Below are positions 48,370-58,025 of a stretch of DNA of 64,000 nucleotides, piece by piece; the stretch's first letter is position 1; each line of letters starts with the position of its first letter. The stretch lies in the IMG/VR virus record IMGVR_UViG_3300017782_004332, positions 32,001 to 96,000 of that record. One strand, written 5' to 3'. A program made the position numbers and the translations under genes. The DNA comes from a virus. The notes under the pieces are model-generated. The model was not told the DNA's origin. It worked only from the letters and a program-made list of their open reading frames with translations, and did no database searches.

Positions 48370-48404
48370 AAATAAGCAAAATAAATACTTGCAAGGAGTG
48401 AAAA

Positions 48405-50660
48405 ATGTCTAAACCAACATGGGTCACGAATGCAGGTAGTCTTGGAACAATTCAAGAAAATGAAACACAGAATATCTCTTTAGCAACTACCGGCAATGAT
48501 GTAACATTAAGTCTAATCAGTGGAAAGTTACCTGCTGGTATGAGATTAGTTGGATCAAAACTTGTTGGTACACCGTTTGACGTTGCAAAATTAACGTTGC
48601 ATGAGTTTGTTATTAGAGCATCTAATACATTTGGATCAATTGATAGAACATTTACAATTAGTGTCGAAGGTGAAGATCCTCCAATATGGTTAACTCCTGT
48701 TGGTACACTTGACATCGGTCCTAATGGTGAATATTTTATAATGAATAAAACACCAATTGATTATCAATTAAGTGCTAGTGATTTAGATTTAAGTGCAGGT
48801 GATACATTAGAATATTATCTAGATGATTTAAGCGGTCAATTACCTCCAGGTATTAATTTAAGTAAAGACGGAAAATTAACTGGAATCATAAACGCTCCAC
48901 TTACATTAGATTATAAAGCAACTAACGCAAATTATGATCAACAGCAGTTTGATTCGTTTCCATATGATTATGGCGGCGGTACTCAAGAAGGCGATGCTGT
49001 TCCAAAATATCTTTCTAGATTTTATGAGTTTGAAGTTACTGTTACTGACGGTACAACTAGAGAACGTAGAAAATTTAGAATCTTTGTTATTAATGAACAA
49101 CAGTTTAGAACTGACACAACATTAATTAGTATTGATTCTGAAACACTATTATCAAGTTCTACATATTTAAGAGCACCTATTTGGTTAACAACAGGTAACT
49201 TGGGTGTACGTAGAGCAAATAATTATATTACAATACCATTACAAGTTTATGACCCTAATCAATATAGCGGTGATGTTGTATATGAAATTGTAGAACTAGA
49301 GGATAGTACTCTAAGTCAATTACCTAACGGATTAGATCTTGATAGTACAAATGGTGTATTGTTTGGTAAAGTTCCATATCAACCTGCTGTTACATCAACT
49401 TTTACTTTTAGAGTAAGAGCGACTAGAACAGATAGTGTTAATAATGAACAAACATTTAGTCAACGTACATTTATTTTAAAAATACAAGGTGAAGTTGATA
49501 GTACTATTAAATTTACAAGTGACGAACTTATTGGAACACTTGTACCAAATGAATTTAGTACTCTACAAATTGTTGCTACAACAACATTGCCAAACGCAGA
49601 TGTTAGATACAATCTAGTAAGTGGTAACTTACCACCAGGAATTAATCTTAGTGGTGACGGTACATTAATTGGCAAGGTACAACAGATACCTGATACTGGA
49701 CAACAGAATGGGTTGACTAGTATTGACTTAACTAATTTTGGTCTTAATAGTTTCTTACTTGATGGTGGAACAACATCAATTGATAAAGAATATCGATTTA
49801 CTGTACAAGCAAAAGATTACTATCTTGCGAGTGCAGTTACAAAAGATTTTAAAGTAAGTGTTAGTGCTGACAGTTTAACACAATACAGTAATATTTTCTT
49901 AAAACCGTTACTTTCAAAAACAAGTAGATTATATTATTATAATTTTATTACAGATGATAAGATTTTTACACTAAAGAATTTATATCGTCCTGCTGATGAA
50001 CAATTTGGAATACAAAAAAATCTTAGTATGTTACTACAACATGGTATTGAAACTGTTAGTATCGAAAAGTATGTTCCAATTTTAGCACGTAACTTTAGTA
50101 GAAAAAATTATAGATTTGGTACTATAAAAAATGCAGTAGCAAAAGATGCAAACAATAAAGTAATTTACGAAATCATTTATGTTGAAATGATCGACGAATT
50201 AGAACAAGAAAACAAATCCGTAAATAGCAAAGTAGAAATTAGTGGCAACACCAAAGAAATCGATGCCAGCCAAGATAAATTTAAAGTATCAACTGATCTA
50301 ATCACTATTGATCAATTGGTTGAAAAATTTGTATATCCAAATAGTACTACTGCTATGAAGCAGAGATTTGCTGAAGCATATCCAAATAATGATAGTTCAT
50401 TAATACAGATAAATGACTCATTTTTACCATTATGGATGCGTAGTATACAAGATGCAACAGGAACTAGTTTAGGCTATATAAAAGCAGTCCCTATTGCGTA
50501 TGTTAAACCCGGAACTAGCATAAGTATTATAGACAATATCAAAGACAGTGGCTTTGATTTTAAAACTATTCACTTTGATATTGACCGCTTAACCATAGAT
50601 AGTGTTGAGGGTCAAAAAGGTGATAAATACATTGCATTTCCAAAAAGGAAGGTAATATAA
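48405..50660 (+). CDS. Virion protein with Ig-like (He_PIG-type) repeats, probable baseplate wedge component
   Basis: P.W.T..G.LG and SG.LPPG..L...G.L.G repeats; C-terminal LPLWMRS. Confidence 0.75.
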   Translation: MSKPTWVTNAGSLGTIQENETQNISLATTGNDVTLSLISGKLPAGMRLVGSKLVGTPFDVAKLTLHEFVIRASNTFGSIDRTFTISVEGEDPPIWLTPVGTLDIGPNGEYFIMNKTPIDYQLSASDLDLSAGDTLEYYLDDLSGQLPPGINLSKDGKLTGIINAPLTLDYKATNANYDQQQFDSFPYDYGGGTQEGDAVPKYLSRFYEFEVTVTDGTTRERRKFRIFVINEQQFRTDTTLISIDSETLLSSSTYLRAPIWLTTGNLGVRRANNYITIPLQVYDPNQYSGDVVYEIVELEDSTLSQLPNGLDLDSTNGVLFGKVPYQPAVTSTFTFRVRATRTDSVNNEQTFSQRTFILKIQGEVDSTIKFTSDELIGTLVPNEFSTLQIVATTTLPNADVRYNLVSGNLPPGINLSGDGTLIGKVQQIPDTGQQNGLTSIDLTNFGLNSFLLDGGTTSIDKEYRFTVQAKDYYLASAVTKDFKVSVSADSLTQYSNIFLKPLLSKTSRLYYYNFITDDKIFTLKNLYRPADEQFGIQKNLSMLLQHGIETVSIEKYVPILARNFSRKNYRFGTIKNAVAKDANNKVIYEIIYVEMIDELEQENKSVNSKVEISGNTKEIDASQDKFKVSTDLITIDQLVEKFVYPNSTTAMKQRFAEAYPNNDSSLIQINDSFLPLWMRSIQDATGTSLGYIKAVPIAYVKPGTSISIIDNIKDSGFDFKTIHFDIDRLTIDSVEGQKGDKYIAFPKRKVI

Positions 50661-50661
50661 T

Positions 50662-51288
50662 ATGGCAAGTAATATAGACACAAATAACATAGTTGAAACT
50701 TATCCAGTTGCTGGACAGGACAATGATAGTCAAGGATTTAGAGATAATTTCCAGAATATCAAAACAGCAATAGGTGTAGCGAAAACTGAAATTACAGCGT
50801 TGCAGAATGATGCACCGTCTTTAACAACTGACAACAATTTTAACGGTAGTACTCTTAGTAATGCAATTACAAAAGATATTACAGAAAAAACAAGTGCATC
50901 ACAAATTGATGGTGTCGACGATACTATTGATTTTAGTGCTGGTTCATACCAAAGACTTAACTTAACAGTTGAAGATCCAGGTGTAAACAGTATTAACTTT
51001 AGTAACTTTGGTCCTAACGATACACTTACAAAACTTAGACTAGCAGTTACTAGTGTGGATTCCGGCGATGTCGCGAAAACAACTAGAAAATTTGAAATTA
51101 ACCTTGCTGGTTCACCTATATACTTTAAGCAATCAACACCAGGTTCGGCAACCCCTTTAACGTTTCCAATTGATTTAGCCAAAGATGATCTTTCAGTTTA
51201 TATCTTTGACGTATGGTCATGGACAACATCAGGCGGTGTACCTGCAGACATTTATGTTGATTACGTAGGTAAGTATACTAGATCATAA
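50662..51288 (+). CDS. Virion structural protein
   Basis: YPVAGQDNDSQGFRDNF N-terminus; in late structural operon. Confidence 0.65.
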   Translation: MASNIDTNNIVETYPVAGQDNDSQGFRDNFQNIKTAIGVAKTEITALQNDAPSLTTDNNFNGSTLSNAITKDITEKTSASQIDGVDDTIDFSAGSYQRLNLTVEDPGVNSINFSNFGPNDTLTKLRLAVTSVDSGDVAKTTRKFEINLAGSPIYFKQSTPGSATPLTFPIDLAKDDLSVYIFDVWSWTTSGGVPADIYVDYVGKYTRS

Positions 51289-51548
51289 TGTTACATCCGT
51301 TACAAGAAGACGTTACCTCTCTTAAGGATGATCAATTAGAAGAAAAAATTAGAGAACTTTCTAAAAAATATTCTATAGCAAGTCGTCATTACAATCAGGA
51401 TGTCTTAGGTCAAATGCAGATGCTACTAACTACATATAAGGAAGAACATACTCGCCGTTTGCGTAAGCAGTATAATAATACTATTGCTACCGCAAAAGAA
51501 GAAGTTGAAACCGATTTAAATGAGTTAGTAAATGTTGATAAACAATAA
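51288..51548 (+). CDS. Hypothetical coiled-coil protein
   Basis: MLHPL...LKDDQLEEKI..L.KKY. Confidence 0.7.
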   Translation: MLHPLQEDVTSLKDDQLEEKIRELSKKYSIASRHYNQDVLGQMQMLLTTYKEEHTRRLRKQYNNTIATAKEEVETDLNELVNVDKQ

Positions 51549-52164
51549 CGATACAGACCAAATAGCAAACTTCTTCTCGTGGGAAACTGACTTCGATGCA
51601 ATACTTGCCATCGACGATGTAATATATCCAAACACGTATAATATTAGAATGAGTTTTTTACCCAAAGTAACTGACATCAAATTACAAAATAATAGTTTTG
51701 AAAGAGTAAAATATCTTATCCATAAACTTTGTGAAAATAGTATGATCATCAAAGCAGGAAGTCCTTTAGAAAAAACTTTTTATAGTATGCCAATAAACAA
51801 AGTTTTATTGCCTGGAGATCCATATGATCAATTATTTGGCATTGCATTATTTCATAAAATAAAGTCAATAGCAGGTGCATATATACATTTTGGACAAATA
51901 ATGGTTGACAGCAAGATGGGAGATAATGTACAATACACTGTAGACAATGATAGTTATGAAAACAGTGCATTACAAACAAAAACAATTGACGGTACAATTA
52001 TTGAAAAACCTTGGTGGAACAGAAATGACACAGCAACATTTGATCAAGTTATCAGTGAAACTAGTTACTGGCAAGGTGCAAGGACTTGGAGAGATTTAGG
52101 ATATGGATCAGACGCTGAACAAAAAGAATTCAACCCAACAATCTTGGACGGCGGTCGAAGTTAA
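51532..52164 (+). CDS. Hypothetical protein
   Basis: 210 aa ORF tiling the operon; LPGDPYDQ, PWWNR.D. Confidence 0.65.
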   Translation: MLINNNDTDQIANFFSWETDFDAILAIDDVIYPNTYNIRMSFLPKVTDIKLQNNSFERVKYLIHKLCENSMIIKAGSPLEKTFYSMPINKVLLPGDPYDQLFGIALFHKIKSIAGAYIHFGQIMVDSKMGDNVQYTVDNDSYENSALQTKTIDGTIIEKPWWNRNDTATFDQVISETSYWQGARTWRDLGYGSDAEQKEFNPTILDGGRS

Positions 52165-52672
52165 TTCAAACGGTAAAGCAGTATTAACTGATTTAAACGT
52201 ACTCGAATTATTATACCAAGACAAGATCGACAATGCAGAACATTGCATTGTAAAAGATACAGACGATATTAAAAAGTATAAGCAGTTTGTTGATATTAAT
52301 CGTGATAATTTTACGACATTTAACACAACAAACGATAACGTTGATCGAGATGGGTTTGATCAATCCAATAGAGAAAATTGGTTTATTCCGCAATCTTACA
52401 AAGATCTTGACATAGAAGCATATGTGTTGGGATTGTGTAAAACTGATCAAGAAAAAGAACGTGTAAATTTTGAACTAGATTTATATAAAAACTTTGCTAT
52501 GATTGATGTTTTGAAATGTTTGAAATACATTATAGATACATTACGTGAAAAAAAATTAGTTTGGGGTGTAGGACGTGGATCTAGTGTAGCAAGTTATGTG
52601 CTATATTTGATCGGAGTACACAAGGTTAACAGTATTAAGTTTGATCTTAATCCAGAAGAATTTCTAAGGTAA
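52103..52672 (+). CDS. Short DNA polymerase III alpha (DnaE)-like fragment
   Basis: ERVNFEL, WGVGRGSSVASYVLYLIGVHKVN..KFDL..E.FL equals the DnaE GxGRGS region. Confidence 0.8.
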   Translation: MDQTLNKKNSTQQSWTAVEVNSNGKAVLTDLNVLELLYQDKIDNAEHCIVKDTDDIKKYKQFVDINRDNFTTFNTTNDNVDRDGFDQSNRENWFIPQSYKDLDIEAYVLGLCKTDQEKERVNFELDLYKNFAMIDVLKCLKYIIDTLREKKLVWGVGRGSSVASYVLYLIGVHKVNSIKFDLNPEEFLR

Positions 52673-52707
52673 TATGTACTTAATAAGTACAGTAACAAGG
52701 AGGCAAT

Positions 52708-53157
52708 ATGGGAAAAACATATAGAACAATGCAGGGCAGACAGATTGACATGGAGAAACTCCGTGCCCAAAATGAACTTATGCCTGCTGTAGGAAACATG
52801 AAGGTTAATGCTAGAGGTGACGAAATTGGACCAGGTGGTAAAATTTTACGTACTAGAGAACAAATTATGGGTGAGTATTATGAGGCAAATCCAAATGCAA
52901 CACCTGATCCTAACGCAAACAAAAAAGATAATACTGTAACAAATCAAAGTGCAGTACCACCGACAACAACATTAAAAATTGAAGACACTTCAGTTAATGA
53001 TGTAGTTGAAAATGTAGATGAAGTTAAAGACGAACCAAAAATGAAAGACGAAACTCTTGCTAAAGTTGAAGAAAAAGTTGCTGAGAAAACTATCGAAGCA
53101 GTACAACGAGCAAGACGTAGACGTAGTGGAATCGAAGACGCAACAGGAGAAAAGTAA
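52708..53157 (+). CDS. Conserved phage hypothetical protein
   Basis: YRTMQGRQIDM.KL, AVGNMKVNARGDEIGPGG. Confidence 0.7.
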   Translation: MGKTYRTMQGRQIDMEKLRAQNELMPAVGNMKVNARGDEIGPGGKILRTREQIMGEYYEANPNATPDPNANKKDNTVTNQSAVPPTTTLKIEDTSVNDVVENVDEVKDEPKMKDETLAKVEEKVAEKTIEAVQRARRRRSGIEDATGEK

Positions 53158-53633
53158 TGGTAGCATCATTAACAATACACAAAGGCAACGTAAAGGCCAA
53201 AGGAGAAGATGTTCTATTAACTAACATGTACTTTGGCGAACAGAAGACTGCCGGAGGACTTATTGTTAGTTCTGATGATGGAGTAGAACGTGGTATTAAA
53301 CCTCGTTGGGGCCAAGTATTTTCAATAGGACCTAATTATAAACATCGGGACGAGATTACAATCGGCGACTGGGTACTCTTAGAGCATGGTCGTTGGAGTA
53401 GAGGAATTCATATCGAAGACAATGAAGGTGTTGAATGGATTATTAGAAAAGCAGATACAGATAGTATTCTAATGGTTACCAGCGACGAACCTTCAGATGT
53501 TAGCGAATGGGTCGAATTGCATAAGGAACAAACACAATACCTTAAGAGCAAAGAAGAAGAAAGAAACACTGCTTCTGACGCTCCTGCAATTACAATTAGA
53601 AAAGCACCAAAGCAAACACAAACTAAGGAGTAA
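53157..53633 (+). CDS. GroES-like co-chaperonin (divergent)
   Basis: EQKTAGGLIV, PRWGQVFSIGP, IGDWVL. Confidence 0.75.
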   Translation: MVASLTIHKGNVKAKGEDVLLTNMYFGEQKTAGGLIVSSDDGVERGIKPRWGQVFSIGPNYKHRDEITIGDWVLLEHGRWSRGIHIEDNEGVEWIIRKADTDSILMVTSDEPSDVSEWVELHKEQTQYLKSKEEERNTASDAPAITIRKAPKQTQTKE

Positions 53634-53634
53634 A

Positions 53635-53847
53635 ATGTTCACAGCAATAATTTTGACATTTACAAGTTTATTCATGTACGACAATTCAGAGTTCTTTTCA
53701 GAAGTTAAAAAAGAACGTGCTGAAGGTTATAGGTTCGAATATGTGGGTAAACAATCTGCAGATGAATATACTCACAGTATCCCTGTTATAAATCAGGAAA
53801 CTGGTGAAGAGTTTATTTATTGGCAACATAAAAAGCCACAGGAGTAA
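53635..53847 (+). CDS. Hypothetical protein
   Basis: Start at ATG 53635 after AAGGAG; hydrophobic N-terminus. Confidence 0.6.
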   Translation: MFTAIILTFTSLFMYDNSEFFSEVKKERAEGYRFEYVGKQSADEYTHSIPVINQETGEEFIYWQHKKPQE

Positions 53848-53850
53848 GCA

Positions 53851-54261
53851 TTGGCACAAGTAGATCTAAACAAGTACAAAAATTTTGTACAAGAAGTAAC
53901 CTCATTACAAAGTAATGAAACAGGTGCTCTAACTTCACAGTTAGAAAAATTAGAAAAAGACAGTGGTGTTAATATGGCATTACTATTAACAGGTGCAATT
54001 GGTATTGCATCAGAAGGAGGCGAATTTGCTGAAATTGTTAAAAAATGTATATTCCAAGGTAAGCCTTTGGATGCAGACACAATCTTTCATGCTAAACGAG
54101 AACTTGGCGACATCGCTTGGTATTGGATTAACAGTTGTCGTGCTTTGGGCCTTGACCCTAATGACGTCTTAGAAGAAAACGTAAACAAACTAAAAGCACG
54201 TTACCCTGGTGGCGAGTTTGATGTACATTATTCTGAGAATCGCAAAGACGGCGATCTTTAA
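53851..54261 (+). CDS. mazG: MazG-like nucleotide pyrophosphohydrolase
   Basis: GIASEGGEFAEIVKK, KRELGDIAWY, N..KLKARYP. Confidence 0.85.
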   Translation: MAQVDLNKYKNFVQEVTSLQSNETGALTSQLEKLEKDSGVNMALLLTGAIGIASEGGEFAEIVKKCIFQGKPLDADTIFHAKRELGDIAWYWINSCRALGLDPNDVLEENVNKLKARYPGGEFDVHYSENRKDGDL

Positions 54262-54277
54262 TTAAATCACAAATAGG

Positions 54278-54306
54278 TTGACAGAAACATAAAGGATATG
54301 TATAAT
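54278..54306 (+). promoter_or_regulatory. Sigma70-type promoter, ATG 6 nt after the -10 box
   Basis: TTGACA-N17-TATAAT-ATAACT-ATG. Confidence 0.7.
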
Positions 54307-54312
54307 ATAACT

Positions 54313-54537
54313 ATGACTGATGATTACGACATAAAACTTTCCGATGAGATTACTGCTCTTGTTAATGCATTTATAAAAAAGTATCCCCATAGTGAAATAA
54401 GCGTTGCAAGTTTTTTGTTTGCTAATGCTATTAGAATTTGGAAAGAACAATTAGACGAAGAAGATTTTCATGCGTTACTAGAAGAAGTAACGGATAACAT
54501 ATTATACGACGAAGTTGATAAAAGGGTATTACATTAA
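54313..54537 (+). CDS. Hypothetical protein
   Basis: Start moved to ATG 54313 downstream of the -10 box. Confidence 0.6.
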   Translation: MTDDYDIKLSDEITALVNAFIKKYPHSEISVASFLFANAIRIWKEQLDEEDFHALLEEVTDNILYDEVDKRVLH

Positions 54538-54546
54538 AAGGACTAT

Positions 54547-54729
54547 ATGAAAATATTTGTAGTATATATTTGGATGACTATGGCGTATCAGCCGTGGGAC
54601 ATTGTTAAGGTAGGCGAGTTCGCAAACTGTGAGCAAGGCATTGCTACAGCAAACAATTTATATCCAGGATACGTAGCACTACATTGTATTACACCTGACT
54701 TGGTACCACCAGGAGGAACAGGCACATGA
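54547..54729 (+). CDS. Hypothetical small protein
   Basis: 60 aa, two Cys, hydrophobic N-terminus. Confidence 0.55.
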   Translation: MKIFVVYIWMTMAYQPWDIVKVGEFANCEQGIATANNLYPGYVALHCITPDLVPPGGTGT

Positions 54730-55136
54730 AAGTAGGATTTACAGCATCATCATTTGATTTGTTCCATAGTGGACATGTTGCTATGCTTAAAGAAGCAAGA
54801 AACAACTGTGACTTTATGATAGTTGGATTACAAACAGATCCTACAATAGATCGACCAGAAAAAAATCAACCAATCCAAAGTGTATTTGAAAGATATGTAC
54901 AACTAGAAGGTTGTAAGTATATTGACGAAATTATTCCATATGCTACAGAACAAGATCTTGTTGATATACTTTTAACCTATAAAATTAATGTACGTTTTAT
55001 TGGCGAAGAATATAAGTCCAAAACGTTCACAGGTAAGCAATTATGTGTTGACAAAGGCATAGAATTATACTATAATAAAAGACAACATTCATTTAGTACA
55101 AGTGGATTAAGAAAACGTATAAGTGAGGCAAAATGA
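54726..55136 (+). CDS. Cytidylyltransferase-like protein (TagD-like)
   Basis: GFTASSFDLFHSGH (HxGH), VGLQTDP, ER, IDEIIPY, STSGLR. Confidence 0.85.
   Translation: MKVGFTASSFDLFHSGHVAMLKEARNNCDFMIVGLQTDPTIDRPEKNQPIQSVFERYVQLEGCKYIDEIIPYATEQDLVDILLTYKINVRFIGEEYKSKTFTGKQLCVDKGIELYYNKRQHSFSTSGLRKRISEAK
55048..55076 (+). promoter_or_regulatory. Sigma70-type promoter upstream of the clamp loader
   Basis: TTGACA-N17-TATAAT. Confidence 0.65.
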
Positions 55137-56059
55137 AAGATTTATGGGTAGAAAAATATCGTCCTAACACAGTAGGTGACTATGTGTTTAGAGATCAAGC
55201 ACAAAAAGATCAAATCAACGGCTGGGTAAAAGATAAAAGTATTCCGCACTTGTTGTTTAGTGGACATGCTGGTATTGGTAAGACTACACTTGCAAAAGTA
55301 TTATTAAATGAACTAGAAGTTAATGAGTATGATGTATTAGAAATTAATGCAAGTAGAACAAACAGTATTGAAGACGTAAGAGATAAGATTGTAAACTTTG
55401 TACAAATGATTCCTTTCGGTGACTTTAAGGTTGTGCTACTTGATGAGGCAGATTATTTGTCACCAAATGCACAAGCGGCATTGCGTGGTGTGATGGAAGA
55501 GTATCATACAACAAGCAGATTTATTTTAACTTGTAACTATCCAAACAGAATTATTCCTGCACTACACAGTAGATGTCAAGGCTTTCATATTACTAATCTT
55601 GATCAAACAGAGTTTACTGCACGTATAGCAACTATCCTGCTAGAAGAAAGTGTAGAACCAGACCTAGACGTTTTAGATACATTTGTAAAAGCAACATATC
55701 CTGATATGCGAAAATGTATTAATATGTGTCAAATGAATAGCACAACAGGTAAATTACTTCCACCATCTAAAGGCGATACTGGTGAAGCAGATTATAAAGT
55801 AAGTATGGTTGAGTTGTTTAAAGCAGGTAAGATTACTGAAGCACGTAAACTAGTGTGTAGTCAAGCAAGGCCAGAAGAAATGGAAGACATATTTCGTTGG
55901 TGTTATGATAACCTTGATGTGTTTAGCAAAGAAGAAGATAAGCAGGATCAAGCAGTATTAATCTTAAAACAAGGACTAGTTGATCATAGTTTCGTTGCAG
56001 ATCCAGAAATTAACATGAGTGCAACACTTATCAAACTAGCAAGATTAGGAAAGGCTTAA
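55133..56059 (+). CDS. Clamp loader AAA+ subunit (RFC small/T4 gp44-like)
   Basis: LWVEKYRP, GHAGIGKTT, EINAS, LLDEAD, AQAALR, SRC, DMRKCIN. Confidence 0.92.
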   Translation: MKDLWVEKYRPNTVGDYVFRDQAQKDQINGWVKDKSIPHLLFSGHAGIGKTTLAKVLLNELEVNEYDVLEINASRTNSIEDVRDKIVNFVQMIPFGDFKVVLLDEADYLSPNAQAALRGVMEEYHTTSRFILTCNYPNRIIPALHSRCQGFHITNLDQTEFTARIATILLEESVEPDLDVLDTFVKATYPDMRKCINMCQMNSTTGKLLPPSKGDTGEADYKVSMVELFKAGKITEARKLVCSQARPEEMEDIFRWCYDNLDVFSKEEDKQDQAVLILKQGLVDHSFVADPEINMSATLIKLARLGKA

Positions 56060-56060
56060 T

Positions 56061-56309
56061 CTGAAAATAAGATACTATCATAAGATTGATGGCTGGAGGT
56101 GGCTAGGATTTATATTAGCAATGATCAGTGCATTTACGTTAAGTGGTGGTAACCCAAACATACAATGGTTAGGTTGGACAGTAGCACTAGCATCATGTAG
56201 TATTTGGATTTGGATGGGAATTAAAGACAAAGATATACCAAGGGCATTAATGGAACTAATGTATTTGTTATTAGCAGTGCGTGGTGTATGGAACTGGACA
56301 GTAATTTAA
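56061..56309 (+). CDS. Small three-TM membrane protein (PnuC-like pattern)
   Basis: Hydrophobic helices ending RGVWNW; frame is open back to CTG 56061; ORF track starts at ATG 56121. Confidence 0.55.
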   Translation: MKIRYYHKIDGWRWLGFILAMISAFTLSGGNPNIQWLGWTVALASCSIWIWMGIKDKDIPRALMELMYLLLAVRGVWNWTVI

Positions 56310-56327
56310 AATGGTTAGGAGTATAAA

Positions 56328-56666
56328 ATGGCACATCTAGTAAATGACAAATGTATAATGTGTAAGCACACAACCTGTGTAGAAGTTTGTCCTGTAGACT
56401 GTTTTTACGAAGGTGAAAACATGTTAGTAATTAATCCAGAAGAATGTATTGACTGCGGAGTATGTATTCCGGAATGTCCTGAAGAGGCCATTTATCAAAC
56501 AGATGATGAAAACGATCCGTGGTATAAACACAACGAATATTTTTCTACTACTGGCAACTGGCCTAATATTACAGAAATGCAAGATCCAATGCCGGGTTAT
56601 GAAGAATATAGTTTGCAGTCGGGCAAAACTAAACTATTTTCTAAAAATCCAGCGGGTAAAGATTAA
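56328..56666 (+). CDS. fdxA: 7Fe ferredoxin FdxA
   Basis: CIMCKHTTCVEVCPVDCFYEGENMLVINPEECIDCGVCIPECP, WPNIT. Confidence 0.93.
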   Translation: MAHLVNDKCIMCKHTTCVEVCPVDCFYEGENMLVINPEECIDCGVCIPECPEEAIYQTDDENDPWYKHNEYFSTTGNWPNITEMQDPMPGYEEYSLQSGKTKLFSKNPAGKD

Positions 56667-57373
56667 TCTTCGCCGTAAATTGTTAGAACCTCTTTAACTA
56701 CTTCGTGTCGTTCTACATCTCCTTTTTCAAAATTACATACGGCTAACCGCTGTAATTGTTTAGGTGAAACTTTATTACAAAAGTCTAACAACCCATTAGA
56801 TGTCATTCGATCTGCTTGTTGCAAATCACCGGTCACTACCATTCGTGATCCTTTACCAATTCTGGTTAACAACATCTTCATCTGACTAGGTGTAGCATTT
56901 TGCATTTCGTCAGCGACAATAAAAGCATTCTTAAACGTTCTACCTCTCATATAAGCAAGAGGTGATATTTCGATAATATCTTCTTCAAGCATACCTTTAA
57001 TTTCGTGTTTCCAAAAATACTCACCAAACACGTCAAAGATAGGGCGTGTCCATGGCTCCATTTTTTGTTCAATTGTTCCTGGAAGAAAACCGTGTTGTTC
57101 GTCTACGCTTACAGCCGGACGTGTGATCACAATTTTATCAACCTGTTTCTCTTTGAACTCCTTGATAGCCATCATTACACCTAACAGAGTTTTACCTGTA
57201 CCTGCAGGACCTACTGCAAATACAATGTCTTTTTTCCTGTCTTTTAGTGTCTCTAAGTATGTTTCTTGGTTAATGTTACGCGGAAGTATAGATACTTCCT
57301 GTTTCTTATGTGTGTAGTTGTTATAATCTATTACATTATTACTTCTACGTTCTTTGCGTTTTGCTCTTGACAA
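56663..57373 (-). CDS. phoH: PhoH family ATPase
   Basis: GPAGTGKT, ITRPAV, GFLPG, PLAYMRGRTF, DEMQN, VTGDLQQ.D, VERH. Confidence 0.95.
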   Translation of the reverse strand: MSRAKRKERRSNNVIDYNNYTHKKQEVSILPRNINQETYLETLKDRKKDIVFAVGPAGTGKTLLGVMMAIKEFKEKQVDKIVITRPAVSVDEQHGFLPGTIEQKMEPWTRPIFDVFGEYFWKHEIKGMLEEDIIEISPLAYMRGRTFKNAFIVADEMQNATPSQMKMLLTRIGKGSRMVVTGDLQQADRMTSNGLLDFCNKVSPKQLQRLAVCNFEKGDVERHEVVKEVLTIYGED

Positions 57374-57497
57374 TATAGACCTCCTTTAAAGGTTATGCCC
57401 AACTGCAAAAGTATTTAATAGATTTGCACCATTTTAAACCTATAATATAATATTTTTATTGACAACACAACAGATAAATAAAAGTGGAGACTAAATT

Positions 57498-58025
57498 ATG
57501 TATGACGTATTAAAAGTAATAGAAAATATCAAGGGTATATACGAGTCTAATAACACACTTAGAGTACTTAAGGACTTTGAACGTGTTATGGACGAACTTG
57601 ATTTATATGTGTTTGAAAACTGGGAAGATGGCGAATTATGCGAAGGTCCTATTGTAAACAGACACACTGTAGGCTGTAGTTTTATGTGGCCTAGAGATAA
57701 AATGCCTAATCCTAAAGCAGGTGAAAGGTTACTTGATTATAACTGTAAAGTTACATACAAAAAAGACTTTCTTATGCAACCAAGAAAAATTAAAACTCCA
57801 GGCGATTATAGACCGGGTACTAAAAAAGGTAAAATTGACAGACATCCTATTTGGATAGTAGGTATTGAAATGCCTAAGAGTTTACTGTTTGATATGTATA
57901 AAGGTTATCTAAGAAATCTTGATGAACAATTATACGGTCAATTAGATGACGTAACAACTCAACCCGAAGTTCAAGCAACACCAGACAGCGACGTGGAGCA
58001 ACAAAATGACATCACTCAAATCTAA
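57498..58025 (+). CDS. Conserved phage hypothetical protein
   Basis: DFERVMDELDLYVFENWEDGEL..GP, MPNP. Confidence 0.7.
   Translation: MYDVLKVIENIKGIYESNNTLRVLKDFERVMDELDLYVFENWEDGELCEGPIVNRHTVGCSFMWPRDKMPNPKAGERLLDYNCKVTYKKDFLMQPRKIKTPGDYRPGTKKGKIDRHPIWIVGIEMPKSLLFDMYKGYLRNLDEQLYGQLDDVTTQPEVQATPDSDVEQQNDITQI

Noticed and set aside
53497-53634. Long N-terminus of ORF 53497-53847
   Set aside because: Overlaps the GroES-like gene; AAGGAG supports a start at 53635
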